DNA from: Tricharina praecox
Lineage: Eukaryota
NCBI RefSeq assembly: GCF_024521635.1
Contig: NW_026250431.1
Span: forward strand, 1-64,000
Length of the DNA: 64,000 nucleotides
Reading direction: 5' to 3'
Shown: piece after piece, positions 9,417 through 19,789 of the stretch
How positions within the stretch are numbered: position 1 is the first letter of the stretch
How the letters are laid out: each line of letters begins with the position of its first letter
The notes under the pieces: model-generated
The model's database searches: none
Told to the model about the DNA's origin: nothing
The model's input: only the letters and a program-made list of their open reading frames with translations
Position numbers and translations under genes: made by a program

Positions 9417-12400
9417 ACCAACAACCGCTTGATGGCACTGTTGTTGGTCGTACCCGGGATAAGTCTTTGTCTCCTATGTCCCCTATTTTTCGTTTGTCTA
9501 GTCTCTCAGTGTCAGGAATGGTTGTGGAGGAATCATCAATGGAAGGAAAACATCTTGTTGTATTGTGTAACCTTTCGTTTGGTGACAAAACCATTGCCAC
9601 GCATGCGCTGATCGACTGTGGGGCAACCGGAATTGCATTTGTAGACAAAGACTTCGCCCGCCATCACCACCTACCCCTCGTACCCCTGAAATCCCCGCGC
9701 ACCCTCGAAGTCATCGACGGCCTTCCCATCGAGTCAGGCGACATCACACATGTTGCCACCACCACCCTGTCCATACAGGAACACCACGAAGAAATCCCTA
9801 TGTTTGTCACCAAACTAGGCCACTACCCGGTTGTACTCGGAATCCCCTGGATGGACCTCCACGATGTGGCCATCCGGTTCAGCTCCCGAACCCTCACCTT
9901 TGGCTCCCAATACTGTACAGCCAACTGCAATGCAGTGCCCACAGTTGCACATGGAATCACCACCGGCCCATCTGACGTATCTACCTATGCTCTCGCGTCA
10001 AAAGCAGCTCAGGAAGAGCCAGCGGTAAGCGCGGGGGCCGGCGACATCGTGGCCCGCTGCATTACGTCTCCCCCACGGATGAATCACCAAGAATGCACTA
10101 ACCTTTCAAGGGAAACCACAGTCAGAATCTCAGCCTTACGGATGGAGTCATTCCAAGAACTGGTAAGCAAGGAAAGCCTTACGGTTTTCAACACCACTCT
10201 TGCCGAAGTCAACGGCGCACTGGAAGGAAACGAGGACCCCACGGCACATATCCCTCACGAATATCACGAGTTCCTACCGCTGTTCTCTGAAGCCCTCGCC
10301 CAGAACTTGCCACCGCACCGACACTACGACCATAAGATCCCACTCAAGGAGGGATTTACGCCCCCATACGGACCACTGTACTCACTTTCGAAAACGGAGC
10401 TTGTCGCATTGAAGGAATGGCTTGACGACAACCTTAGCAAAGGTTTCATCCGTGCCTCTTCCTCTCCAGCAGCATCGCCAATCCTGTTTGTCAAGAAATC
10501 AGACGGCTCCCTACGCCTGTGTGTGGATTACAGGGGCCTGAACGAAGGAACAATCAAGAACAGGTACCCACTCCCACTCCTCCAAGAAACTCTGATGCGG
10601 CTATCCGGGGCAAAATACTTCACCACCCTGGATATCCGCGGTGCCTACAACCTTGTGCGGATGGCGGAAGGAGAAGAGTGGAAAACTGCCTTCCGGACAC
10701 GCTACGGGCTCTTCGAATCCCTCGTCATGCCCTTCGGCCTCACCAACGCCCCTGCCGACTTCCAAGCTCTGATCAACGATGTGCTACGCCCGTTCCTCGA
10801 CGACTTCTGTACCGCATTCATCGATGACGTCTTCATTTACAGCGGATCCTTAGATGAACACCGGAAACATGTCACGAAAGTACTTCAGGCCTTATCAGCA
10901 GCCGGTCTACATCTCAAACCCGAAAAATGTCATTTCCACCAGACAGAAGTCAAGTATTTGGGACTGATCATTACAACAAACGGGATCAAGATGGACCCAG
11001 CGAAAGTCTCCTGCATACTGGAATGGGAGGAGCCGAGTACCGTCACCGATGTGCAATGCTTTCTGGGATTTGCGAACTTCTACCGGCGATTCATCCAAGA
11101 CTATTCCAAGGTGGTATCCCCATTGACAGCATTGACCAAGAAGGAGGATGGAAAGTATGTTCCCTTCGTGTGGGGACCGGAACAGCAGAAAGCATTCGAC
11201 GAACTAAAAACAGCATTCACCTCGGCCCCGATCCTCCGGCACTTCGACTACGATCGGCAGATAGTAGTGGAAACTGACGCCTCCGACTACGTCTCTGCCG
11301 GCGTCCTATCTCAGTACGACGACGAGGGAATCCTGCACCCAGTGGCATTCCATTCCAAGAAACATTCCCCGGCAGAATGCAACTACGAGATCTACGACAA
11401 AGAACTTCTCGCAATCGTCCGCGCCTTTGAGGAGTGGAGACCACATCTGGAGGGCGCTCCTCACCCCATCCAAGTCCTAAGCGACCACAAGAATCTGGAG
11501 TATTTCATGACAACGAAACTACTTAACCGACGACAAGCGCGATGGTCAGAGTTCCTTTCCCGTTTCCATTTCAAGATTGTCTACCGACCAGGCAAAGCGG
11601 GAGGAAAACCGGATGCACTGACCAGGAGGTCAGGAGACCTCCCTAAAGAAGGGGATGAAAGATTGCTTGCCAACCAGCAGGCGGTCCTGAAACCGGACAA
11701 CCTACCGGAAGAGCTCCGGTTGGCAGCAACCAACACACCCGAACAACACCGTCCCCTCCTCAGGTCACTGATAACAGAAGGCTACGACATAGACCCCGTC
11801 CCAAATCGAATCCTCGAGCTACTCCGAAATGGTACACGCCACTCGAAGGAGATCTCCTTGGCCGAATGCCGCGAAGTCAACGGGCGACTGATCTACCGAG
11901 ACTGCCTCTATGTTCCAGAGTACGACCGACTCCGACTACGACTGATCCAGGACCACCACGACCCACCGACCATGGGGCACCCAGGGCGCGCAAAAACCCT
12001 GGAACTACTTGCTCGAAGGTACTACTGGCCACAGATGCGAAAGGACGTTGACCAGTTTGTCCGAAACTGCCACACCTGCCGACGAACCAAGGCCACCCGG
12101 CACGCACCCTATGGTGTCCTGCGCCCCCTCCCAGTACCCGAGAAGCCATGGCAACACATCTCAGTCGACTTTGTCACTGGCTTACCGGCCTCAAAGGGGT
12201 TTGACGCCATCTGTGTTTTTGTTGACCGACTGACCAAGCAACGCCGTCTCCTACCATGTACCACGACCATCACCTCGGAAGGACTGGCCGAGCTGTTCTG
12301 CGACCGGATCTTCAGGTACCATGGGTTGCCAGAAAGCATCGTCTCGGATAGGGGTCCCCAGTTTGCCTCGAGATTCTGGAAACACCTATGCTCATGCCTC

Positions 12401-13402
12401 AAGATCGAGCCACGCCTGTCAACTGCCTTCCACCCCCAGACCGACGGCCAAACCGAACGGATGAACGCTGTCATGGAACAGCACCTCCGCGCGTACGTCA
12501 GCTACCTCCAGGATGACTGGGTCGACTACCTCTTCTTGGCCGAATTCGCTGGCAACAACCAGGTCTCCGACACGACTACCCTGTCCCCATTCTTCGCTAA
12601 CCTAGGATACCACCCACGGTGTGACTTTGAGCTGGATATCCGTGTCGACACCAAGGAGGAACATCAAGCTCAGAGTGCAGCGGAACGGTTGCATCAAATC
12701 CACGACGTCGCCCGCAGCCAAATGCGGTATGCCCAGGCACGGCAACAGGACGACTCCGACCGACACCGAACCCCTGCGCCAGCCTTCCAACCAGGCGACA
12801 TGGTATGGGTGGATGGTCGGAACTGGCGCACCGAGAGACCCAGTTGCAAGCTGGAAAACAAACACCATGGTCCCTACCGTGTGATTCGGACAATCGGAAC
12901 CCACGCCTACGAATTGGACATCCCGGACACCGTTCAGAAGCACCGAACATTTCCTGTATCCCTCCTTCATGCCTCCGCTGACGATCCCTTCCCTGGACAA
13001 ACTCCACCGCCACCACTTCCGGTAATCGTGGACGACCAAGAAGAATGGGAGGTTGAAGAGGTCCTGGACAGCCGGAACCTCAGGGGCAAACTCCAGTACC
13101 TGGTGAAATGGAGAGGCTACGTGGCACCAACATGGGAACCAGAGGAGAACCTTACTGAGGTACAAGCTGTGGACGACTTCCATCGACGATACCCCATGCA
13201 GCCTGGATCAGTCGAACTTGCTCTCGTGGGAACTCAAGCCTTAGGAGGGACTACTGTCACGGCTCACGACGGAATGACGAAGGGAGGGTCGGCACAAGGA
13301 TCGGGAGAATTGGGGGGCAGTGCAGAGGCAGTGCACCGGCAGTGCAAGGATGAGTCGCAGAGGATTTGGGGCTGTGTGCAGGGAGCAGGGATAGCGCAGT
13401 AA
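9404..13402 (+). CDS. pol: Pol polyprotein of element C with chromodomain, -1 frameshift from gag
   Basis: LIDCGA protease, FIDD RT, ETDASD RNase H, HDPPTMGH/CHTC plus DDE integrase, GPY motif, EWEVEEVLDSR...YLVKWRGY chromodomain. Confidence 0.96.
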   Translation, partial: GKSLDQQPLDGTVVGRTRDKSLSPMSPIFRLSSLSVSGMVVEESSMEGKHLVVLCNLSFGDKTIATHALIDCGATGIAFVDKDFARHHHLPLVPLKSPRTLEVIDGLPIESGDITHVATTTLSIQEHHEEIPMFVTKLGHYPVVLGIPWMDLHDVAIRFSSRTLTFGSQYCTANCNAVPTVAHGITTGPSDVSTYALASKAAQEEPAVSAGAGDIVARCITSPPRMNHQECTNLSRETTVRISALRMESFQELVSKESLTVFNTTLAEVNGALEGNEDPTAHIPHEYHEFLPLFSEALAQNLPPHRHYDHKIPLKEGFTPPYGPLYSLSKTELVALKEWLDDNLSKGFIRASSSPAASPILFVKKSDGSLRLCVDYRGLNEGTIKNRYPLPLLQETLMRLSGAKYFTTLDIRGAYNLVRMAEGEEWKTAFRTRYGLFESLVMPFGLTNAPADFQALINDVLRPFLDDFCTAFIDDVFIYSGSLDEHRKHVTKVLQALSAAGLHLKPEKCHFHQTEVKYLGLIITTNGIKMDPAKVSCILEWEEPSTVTDVQCFLGFANFYRRFIQDYSKVVSPLTALTKKEDGKYVPFVWGPEQQKAFDELKTAFTSAPILRHFDYDRQIVVETDASDYVSAGVLSQYDDEGILHPVAFHSKKHSPAECNYEIYDKELLAIVRAFEEWRPHLEGAPHPIQVLSDHKNLEYFMTTKLLNRRQARWSEFLSRFHFKIVYRPGKAGGKPDALTRRSGDLPKEGDERLLANQQAVLKPDNLPEELRLAATNTPEQHRPLLRSLITEGYDIDPVPNRILELLRNGTRHSKEISLAECREVNGRLIYRDCLYVPEYDRLRLRLIQDHHDPPTMGHPGRAKTLELLARRYYWPQMRKDVDQFVRNCHTCRRTKATRHAPYGVLRPLPVPEKPWQHISVDFVTGLPASKGFDAICVFVDRLTKQRRLLPCTTTITSEGLAELFCDRIFRYHGLPESIVSDRGPQFASRFWKHLCSCLKIEPRLSTAFHPQTDGQTERMNAVMEQHLRAYVSYLQDDWVDYLFLAEFAGNNQVSDTTTLSPFFANLGYHPRCDFELDIRVDTKEEHQAQSAAERLHQIHDVARSQMRYAQARQQDDSDRHRTPAPAFQPGDMVWVDGRNWRTERPSCKLENKHHGPYRVIRTIGTHAYELDIPDTVQKHRTFPVSLLHASADDPFPGQTPPPPLPVIVDDQEEWEVEEVLDSRNLRGKLQYLVKWRGYVAPTWEPEENLTEVQAVDDFHRRYPMQPGSVELALVGTQALGGTTVTAHDGMTKGGSAQGSGELGGSAEAVHRQCKDESQRIWGCVQGAGIAQ

Positions 13403-13813
13403 TGAGTCGCAGGATATTGGGGCTGTGTGCAGGAAGCAGGGGTAGTGCGGCTGCGCAGGGTGTGAGTCACGGAAGTGGGGTACTGGCAAGGTGGATTTCT
13501 CAGGGTCTGGCACACGCCCACGGTCATTGTCAGGTTGCGGGAAGAAGTGGAGGATTTTCTATATAAACGGGCCGTTGCCCCTCTGTATTTAGTTCTTCAC
13601 GCAACAACTTGTTAATTCAATCACTGTTACCTCTGTCCTTGCCTCGGCTGCCGTCTGCGCCGTAGTCCTTGTCCCTGCCTCTGTTCTCAGTTGCCGTCTG
13701 CACTGAGCCCTGCCTCACCTTGTCTCCTGTACCCGTCTTGCCCCTACCGAACCCAGAACCCGATCCCCAGCCCGGCTTCGCTACCTGGAGCCTTGCCCGA
13801 CCGTGCCGTTACA
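13255..13813 (+). repeat. 3' LTR of element C
   Basis: Direct repeat of 7622-8180, preceded by PPT AGGAGGGACTAC. Confidence 0.96.
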
Positions 13814-14137
13814 GCAACGGCCCGTTTATATAGGAAATCCTCCACTTCTTCCCGCAACCTGACAATGACCATGGGCGTGTGCCAGACCCTGAGAAATCCA
13901 CCTTGCCAGTACCCCACTTCCGTGACTCATACCCTGCGCAGCCGCACTACCCCTGCTTCCTGCACACAGCCCCAATCTCCTGCGGCTCATTACTGCGCTA
14001 TCCCTGCTCCCTGCACACAGCCCCCAATCCTCTGCGTCTCATCCTTGCACTGCCGGTGCACTGCCTCTGCACTGCCCCCCAGCTCTCCCGATCCTTGTGC
14101 CAACCCTCCCTTCGTCATTCCGTCGCGGGCCGTGACA
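13814..14137 (-). repeat. Partial (U3) minus-strand LTR of family C (element D)
   Basis: Reverse complement of LTR positions 7622-7945, ending CCGTGACA at 14137; inserted about 11 codons into a minus-strand gag. Confidence 0.9.
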
Positions 14138-14763
14138 CTGGGGGACGTCGGGTACCTGAGTGTTGTGGCCATGGTAGTTCGCTATGTGGAGAGATAGGGG
14201 ACGCAACAAAGTGTGACGGCACCGTCGGGCAAGGCTCCAGGTAGCGAAGTCGGGCTGGGGACCGGGTTCTGGGTTCGGCAGAGGCAAGACGGGTTCAGAG
14301 GACAAGGTGAGGCAGGGCTCAGTGCAGACGGCAACTGAGAACAGAGGCAGGGATAAGCACTACGGCGCAGACGGCAGCTCAGGCAAGGACAGAGGTAAGA
14401 GTTGTTGAATTAAAACTTTGTTGAGTGAAGAACTAATTACAGAGGGCGACCGCCTGTTTATATAGGAAATCCTCGCCTCCTTCCCGCAACCCGCTAACCA
14501 AAGTGGGTGTGTGCTAGACGCTGAGAAATCCTTCGCTGCGCTGCCCCGCTTTCGACTCACACCTGCTGAGCTGCTCAACCCCTGCTCTTGCATGCACAGC
14601 CTCAATCCTCGGCGTCTCATTCCGGTGCTGCCCGCACTATCCCTGCTTCTTGCACATAGCCCTAGTCATCAACGCCTCATCCCGCGCCCCCCATGCGCTG
14701 TCTCTCATGCCATCCGATCATTGTCGCAGCTCTTCTTCGGCCGTCCTTTCCTGAGCCGTGACA
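14138..14763 (-). mobile_element. 5' end of a minus-strand family-C element (E): gag start (ATG 14172), leader/PBS and 552-bp LTR 14212-14763
   Basis: R-U5, leader and gag start match C 7920-8255 in reverse; U3 is diverged but ends CCGTGACA at 14763; probably the 5' end of B. Confidence 0.88.
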
Positions 14764-15760
14764 AGCAGAGCCCTCACCGAGTTTTATTCCTATCCTATGC
14801 ACAAAACTCACAATGATGAGACCTTGGGTCTGATGCGCGATGCGCTCAGTCGCTTCTACACCCTCGAACATGTTTTCCAGCAATTTCGGGCCACCAAGAA
14901 GGTAACGCTCCAAGACCAAGAGCACCGGAGGCCTTTGCTTGAGATGCGGGACACTGCGATGGAAGGTACAACTGGCGTCAAGCGGCAGAGATTCAACAAG
15001 GAATGGCAGACTCTGATCAACACGGGGATGGTTGAATATCACGAGGAGGGAAGTAATTTAAACTTTCCGAAAATCAACCAGCTGCTTCATTGCGAGGAGC
15101 AGATACGCCGATACACAACCCTCAAGCAATGGTCTACCGAGGCTGGTGAGACCTCCCACCGCACCCAGCTTAATGATCGTACTACAAGTCGAATCGCTCT
15201 GGCAACATTTACAAACAGATGCTGCAGTACCACCAGAGGAGCGATACTCCTGCGATGCGGAGTCTTAACAAATCGGCCCAGAGTGGTGACAATCCCGCGG
15301 GTCATGTGAAAACGGCGGAAGAATCCCTAGTCGGGTTGAGATTCACTTCCGATTAGACCTACGTTGGGAATTTCAGAATCGCCACTTTGGTGCTATGCTT
15401 GTATCTGTGCATGGCGACAACCTTCAGAACGAGCTGCTTCGTGCGACCATCTCCTTCCTCCGTCGCCAGCTGGACAAAATCTTTTACGGCGACCTCCGTC
15501 AGTGCACGGTAAACATCCATCACGGTGTGTGCATTCGTGGAAGAAACCACACCGAAGTCAGACGGTGTCCCCGAAAGCGCGTCTGGAATGGTGATGGTGA
15601 CAAAGCCCACGGCGGGTAGTAACTCCACGGTGATAAGCGGTACGAACATCGCTGGAGCAGCACATCTCATCCCCGACGAAGCGGACAGCTCTGGAATTCC
15701 GAATAAAGTTTGGCTAGTGAACAGTAACATTGATCTAACCACTTGGAACAAGATTTAATA
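14764..15760 (+). pseudogene. Degraded C-terminal part of a Plavaka-type (CACTA-related) transposase
   Basis: NFPKINQLLH..QIRRY...WSTEAGETSH resembles the NFPKxHxxxH...STExxExxH motif; C-terminal GAAHLIP...WLVNSNIDLTTWNKI; frameshifts between pieces. Confidence 0.7.
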
Positions 15761-15769
15761 GCTTCTGCG

Positions 15770-18250
15770 AGTGCATTACGGGAGGATCGAGGGAGCGGGG
15801 GAGGTCGGGGGGACTGGGGGGTGGGGGATGCAAGACCCAAGGGGCGGCAGAGTGAGGCGACAGATCAGTCGAGGGAATGGCCAGGGAGAGGCGAGGCTGG
15901 GAAAGAGTTGTGGGAACGGACGTGGCAAGGACGAGGCTGGGGAAGAGTCCAGGGAGTATGGTGAGGCCACAGAACAGTTGAGGGAACGGGTCAGTTGAGA
16001 GCGAGGCAAGGCGATGCTGGGGAAGAGTTGTGGGAACGGGCCGGTCAAGAGCAAGGTAGGGCAAGGCAGGTAAATAGCCCAGCAAGCAGAGCGGGAGCAC
16101 GGAGGAGCCGAGGGAAGGGGCCGGCCGAGAGCGAGGCAGAGGAAGAGTCCAGGAAGCCAGTCAAGGCCGGGAAGGGTCCATGGAGAACGGCGAGGCCTGA
16201 GAGGAGTCCAGGGATCCAGTCGAGGCCGTTGAAGAGTCGAGGGAACGGGCTAGTCAAGAGCGAAGACGTGGAAGACTGGTGGAAATATTTTGAGGTCGCG
16301 GAGGAACTCACGGAGCGAGGGCAAGGCTTGAGCAGTGTTTGGGGACGGTTACGAGGTCGCGGAAGAGCCTAGGGAGCGAGGGCAAGGTTGGAGCAGAGTT
16401 GCGGGAGCGGCTAGACGAGGGCGAGGCAGGGTGAGGCTGGCGAACGGTCTAGGGAGCCAGGCCAAGCTGGGAGAGAACATCTAGTCAAAGACGAGGCTGG
16501 GGAAGAGCAGAGGGAACAGGCCAGTCAAGGGCGATGCTGCGGACGGGCCGAGGGAACGGGCCGATCGCGAGCGAGGCCGCCGAAGAGGCCAGGTAGCACG
16601 GCGAGGGCGTGGAAGAGCCGAGGGAACTGCCAGTCAAGTGCACGGCTGGGGAAGAGTCGAGGGAACCGATGCACAGCGAGCTGAGTGAGCGGGGTGGGGA
16701 AAGTCTTTCCGCACCAGGACGAGGAGACTGTTTCTGCAGCAGATCGAGAAGGACCACTAGAACCAGTTGGACTGGTAGAATCGGGAGGGTGAGGAGTAGC
16801 AGGGTGAAGGGGAGGAGAGAGAGATTGCATCCGCGGTTCTGCCAGCGGGGTATCCGGATGGGAAAAGTTAGAATGGCGCGGTCCAAAGGTGAACAGCCAA
16901 CTATCGACATGCGGCAAGAACCATATTCCTCTCCCACCCAACATACCGGAGCACCTATTACCGCACGGCACCTATTACGCCAGGGCAATGTTCTGGGCCA
17001 GCCGCTCCATCCCACTATGCAACAGCAGCGACGATTGACGGCCCCTCCCAGTTGATGGCACCACGTGTTGACTTTACGGAACAGATGACGGGGCGGAGGG
17101 GTCAAGGAACGGAAGATTTGAGGGCCCGGAAGCGTCGAGGGTGCACCTCACGGAAGGGTTGAGGTGTATGTCGAGGGCACAGAAGAGTTGAGGGAGCAAC
17201 AAGAGCACGGAAGACTGAGGCAGCACAGAAGAACTGACGGGACAGATGAGTCGGCGGACCAGAAGAAATGACGGCACAGACGAGTCGACGGGCACGGACA
17301 GGTTGTGGGAGTACGGACGAGTCGACGAGCCGGAAGAGATGACGGCACAGACGAGTCGCCACGCTAGAAGAGATGACGGAAGGGACGAGTCGCCAGACCG
17401 CAAGAGATGACGGCAGAGAGGATTTGTGGGTCAGGACAAGTTGTGGGAGCATGGAGGGGCAGGAACGAGTCTCCAGGTACCAACAGATGACGGCAAGGAT
17501 GAGCTGTTGGTCTGGACGAGTTGTCGGAGTATGAAGGAGTCGCCAGGCCGGAAGAGTTGACGGCACGGAAGGGTTGTGGGTGTACGCACGTGTCCATGGG
17601 CCGGAAGAGATGACGTCAGAGAAGACATGTGGGAGCATGGCGGAGTGGTGGGAGCAAGGCAAAGTTATGGGAGCAAGGAGGATCCGACGGACCGGAAGAC
17701 ACGACGGCACAGACAATTCGATGGGCACGGACGGGTTGTGGGAGCACGGCAAAGTTGGGGGAGTAAGGCACAGTTGGGGGAGTAAGGCACAGTTGTGGGA
17801 GCACGGAGGAGTCGATAGGCCCGGACGTGTCATGGGAGCACGGAAGACTTGTAGGAGTACGGACGAGGGAGGGATTCGGCCACTCGAGGGGCAGCGAGCA
17901 GGAGAGGGCAATTGAAGGGCAAGTGCGGCGAAGAGGCGACGGCATGGAAAAGTTGTGGGGGCGCGGCAGAGTGAGGGAGTGGGTCAGTCGAGCTCGAGGG
18001 AGCGGAAGAGGGCAAATCCAGGGCAAGAGCGGCGAACAGGTGACGGCACGGCAGAGATGTGGGAGCACCGCAGCGTTGTGGGAGCACGGAAGAGTTATGG
18101 GAGTGCGGAAGACATGACGGCTCCGGAAGAGATGACTGCACAGATTAGTGAAGGAGCGCAAGATATGATGGAGCCGGAAGAGGTGACGGAGAGGGCCAGT
18201 CGAGGGCAAGGGCGCCGAAGAGTCAAGGCCCCGGGACAGGTGAGGGAACG
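15770..18250. repeat. Purine-rich degenerate minisatellite arrays (GGAAGAGTTGTGGGAACGG, GTTGTGGGAGCACGG, GAAGAGATGACGGCAC motifs)
   Basis: Dozens of short recurring motifs in two sub-arrays (~15.8-16.7 kb and ~17.1-18.2 kb); ORFs here are low-complexity. Confidence 0.8.
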
Positions 18251-18660
18251 GACGGGGTGTATGAACAGGGTGGATATGTATTGCCATTACGTAGATATAC
18301 CACGTGATATCAATCAATAAAAAGATGTGGCAAACCCCACCTAACGTCGTGCTCACGGAACATCATTCAGGTTAGGATGAAACGGCCTACCACCGTTCCC
18401 TATGCACCCACCACAGTTACCGCAGCAGTGCAGAGTAGATTGGTTTTTCCTGATGACGCCGCAACAAATGTATGGGCATCTTATCTTTACGCTACCGTCA
18501 TCGTACCACTGCTCCCAACCATTTCAGAAAGAGGAAAATGACCTCGCCGTTGAGTTGGCAAGACGAGGGTCTCGTCGGAATCCACAGGCGCCGCCGGTGA
18601 GCACCCGACCTCTCCCCGGGAAATCACACCTGCCAACAGCCCAATCTACTAGTTCAAAAG

Positions 18661-18864
18661 TGTTAGAATGTGGGACGTCTGATGATGCCTATTTCGCCAG
18701 TGTATTATAGCGGGGTATCCGAGCACGGAAGACCCACCTTCCACGGGGATCGGCGCAGATACTACTTTCAGGTTCATGGAGATTGCATATAGAGAGCTCG
18801 CTGTTCACGATATTGTTGCTGTACTCAATACTATGATCTTGCTTATCTACCGCATTATTCAACG
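18661..18864 (+). mobile_element. Degenerate solo LTR (~204 bp), same family as 27253-27443 and 50828-51033
   Basis: Starts TGTTAGAATGTGGGACGTC, ends ATTATTCAAC(G); collinear with the other two copies; no intact TSD. Confidence 0.7.
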
Positions 18865-19789
18865 GAGGCATCTATTGGGAACTTGCTGAACCGATCGCGG
18901 CGTCAAACGACTACTGTTACTTCGCTACCGAAGGTCTGAGGAGCATAAAACAAAACCGCTGACACCTCGGTTCGAACAGCGGCAAAAGAGCGTCCTCCCC
19001 AAGGTTGCCAACCTCATACAGCCGATGGACCCCTGACCGCCTGGGAGTATCGCTGCCGTCAAGCCATGATCACTGCCTGGTCGCTACAATACACCCACCG
19101 CTTTGAACCCGAGATGTAACGCCAATACAAGACATCCATCTATATGTACAGCGCCCACTTACGAGAATGCAAGTAGCCGATCACTGTGTATGATGATCGC
19201 TGGCTTTATACCGGTAATTCCATTCTTTCGCATTATTGGTTCACAATAGCAGTGACTATCGCGAGTATTTATATAACTTCTGTCTTGTACCATCATCACG
19301 CTTCAGTTGGATGTTCCGCGATTTCGTATCGTCTATGTAATCGCATCTTGAGTCTACTTGCGCAACGGGATGGCTACTAATGTATCGTCGCCCACACCGA
19401 TGGATTTCGCCGCGTATTTTTTACCATCCCTGTCGACAACAATCGGCCCTAACTACTAGTACTGCCTTGTCAACCCCAACGAAGTAATACAAATGTCAAC
19501 CGACCCCACCACCAACAATACCACAACCACTCAGAACTACACCACCAACAAAAAGATCACCATCTGCACCCCAGTGGTCAATCAGGGCACTGTGAACGGT
19601 AGGTACCTCCAAATGCACGCACCGTTCACCCTGTCCCTACAGACCTGGACTCACTCAGACTCTCCGCATTCTAGCGAGGCAGCTGCTGGTCATTGCAGGT
19701 ACAGCTCTCACGGAAACCTTCAGCTGGGCTACGTCTTGTCACATACTTCTGAGCGGCGAACCGCAGGTGTATTCGAGTGGAAGAGCAAG

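Larger units (their letters stand above)
7622..13813 (+). mobile_element. Full-length Ty3/Gypsy chromovirus C with two 559-bp LTRs
   Basis: LTRs 7622-8180 and 13255-13813 (TGTCAC...GTTACA) differ at only two positions I could find; intact gag and pol; PPT 13243-13254. Confidence 0.97.

Noticed and set aside
15743..18356. Many 100-270 aa ORFs on both strands
   Set aside because: By-products of GC-rich minisatellites; low complexity, no domain motifs
19493..19789. N-terminal extension of the 505-aa ORF
   Set aside because: The ORF also reads through two introns; the upstream part may be UTR or intron, so the start cannot be fixed
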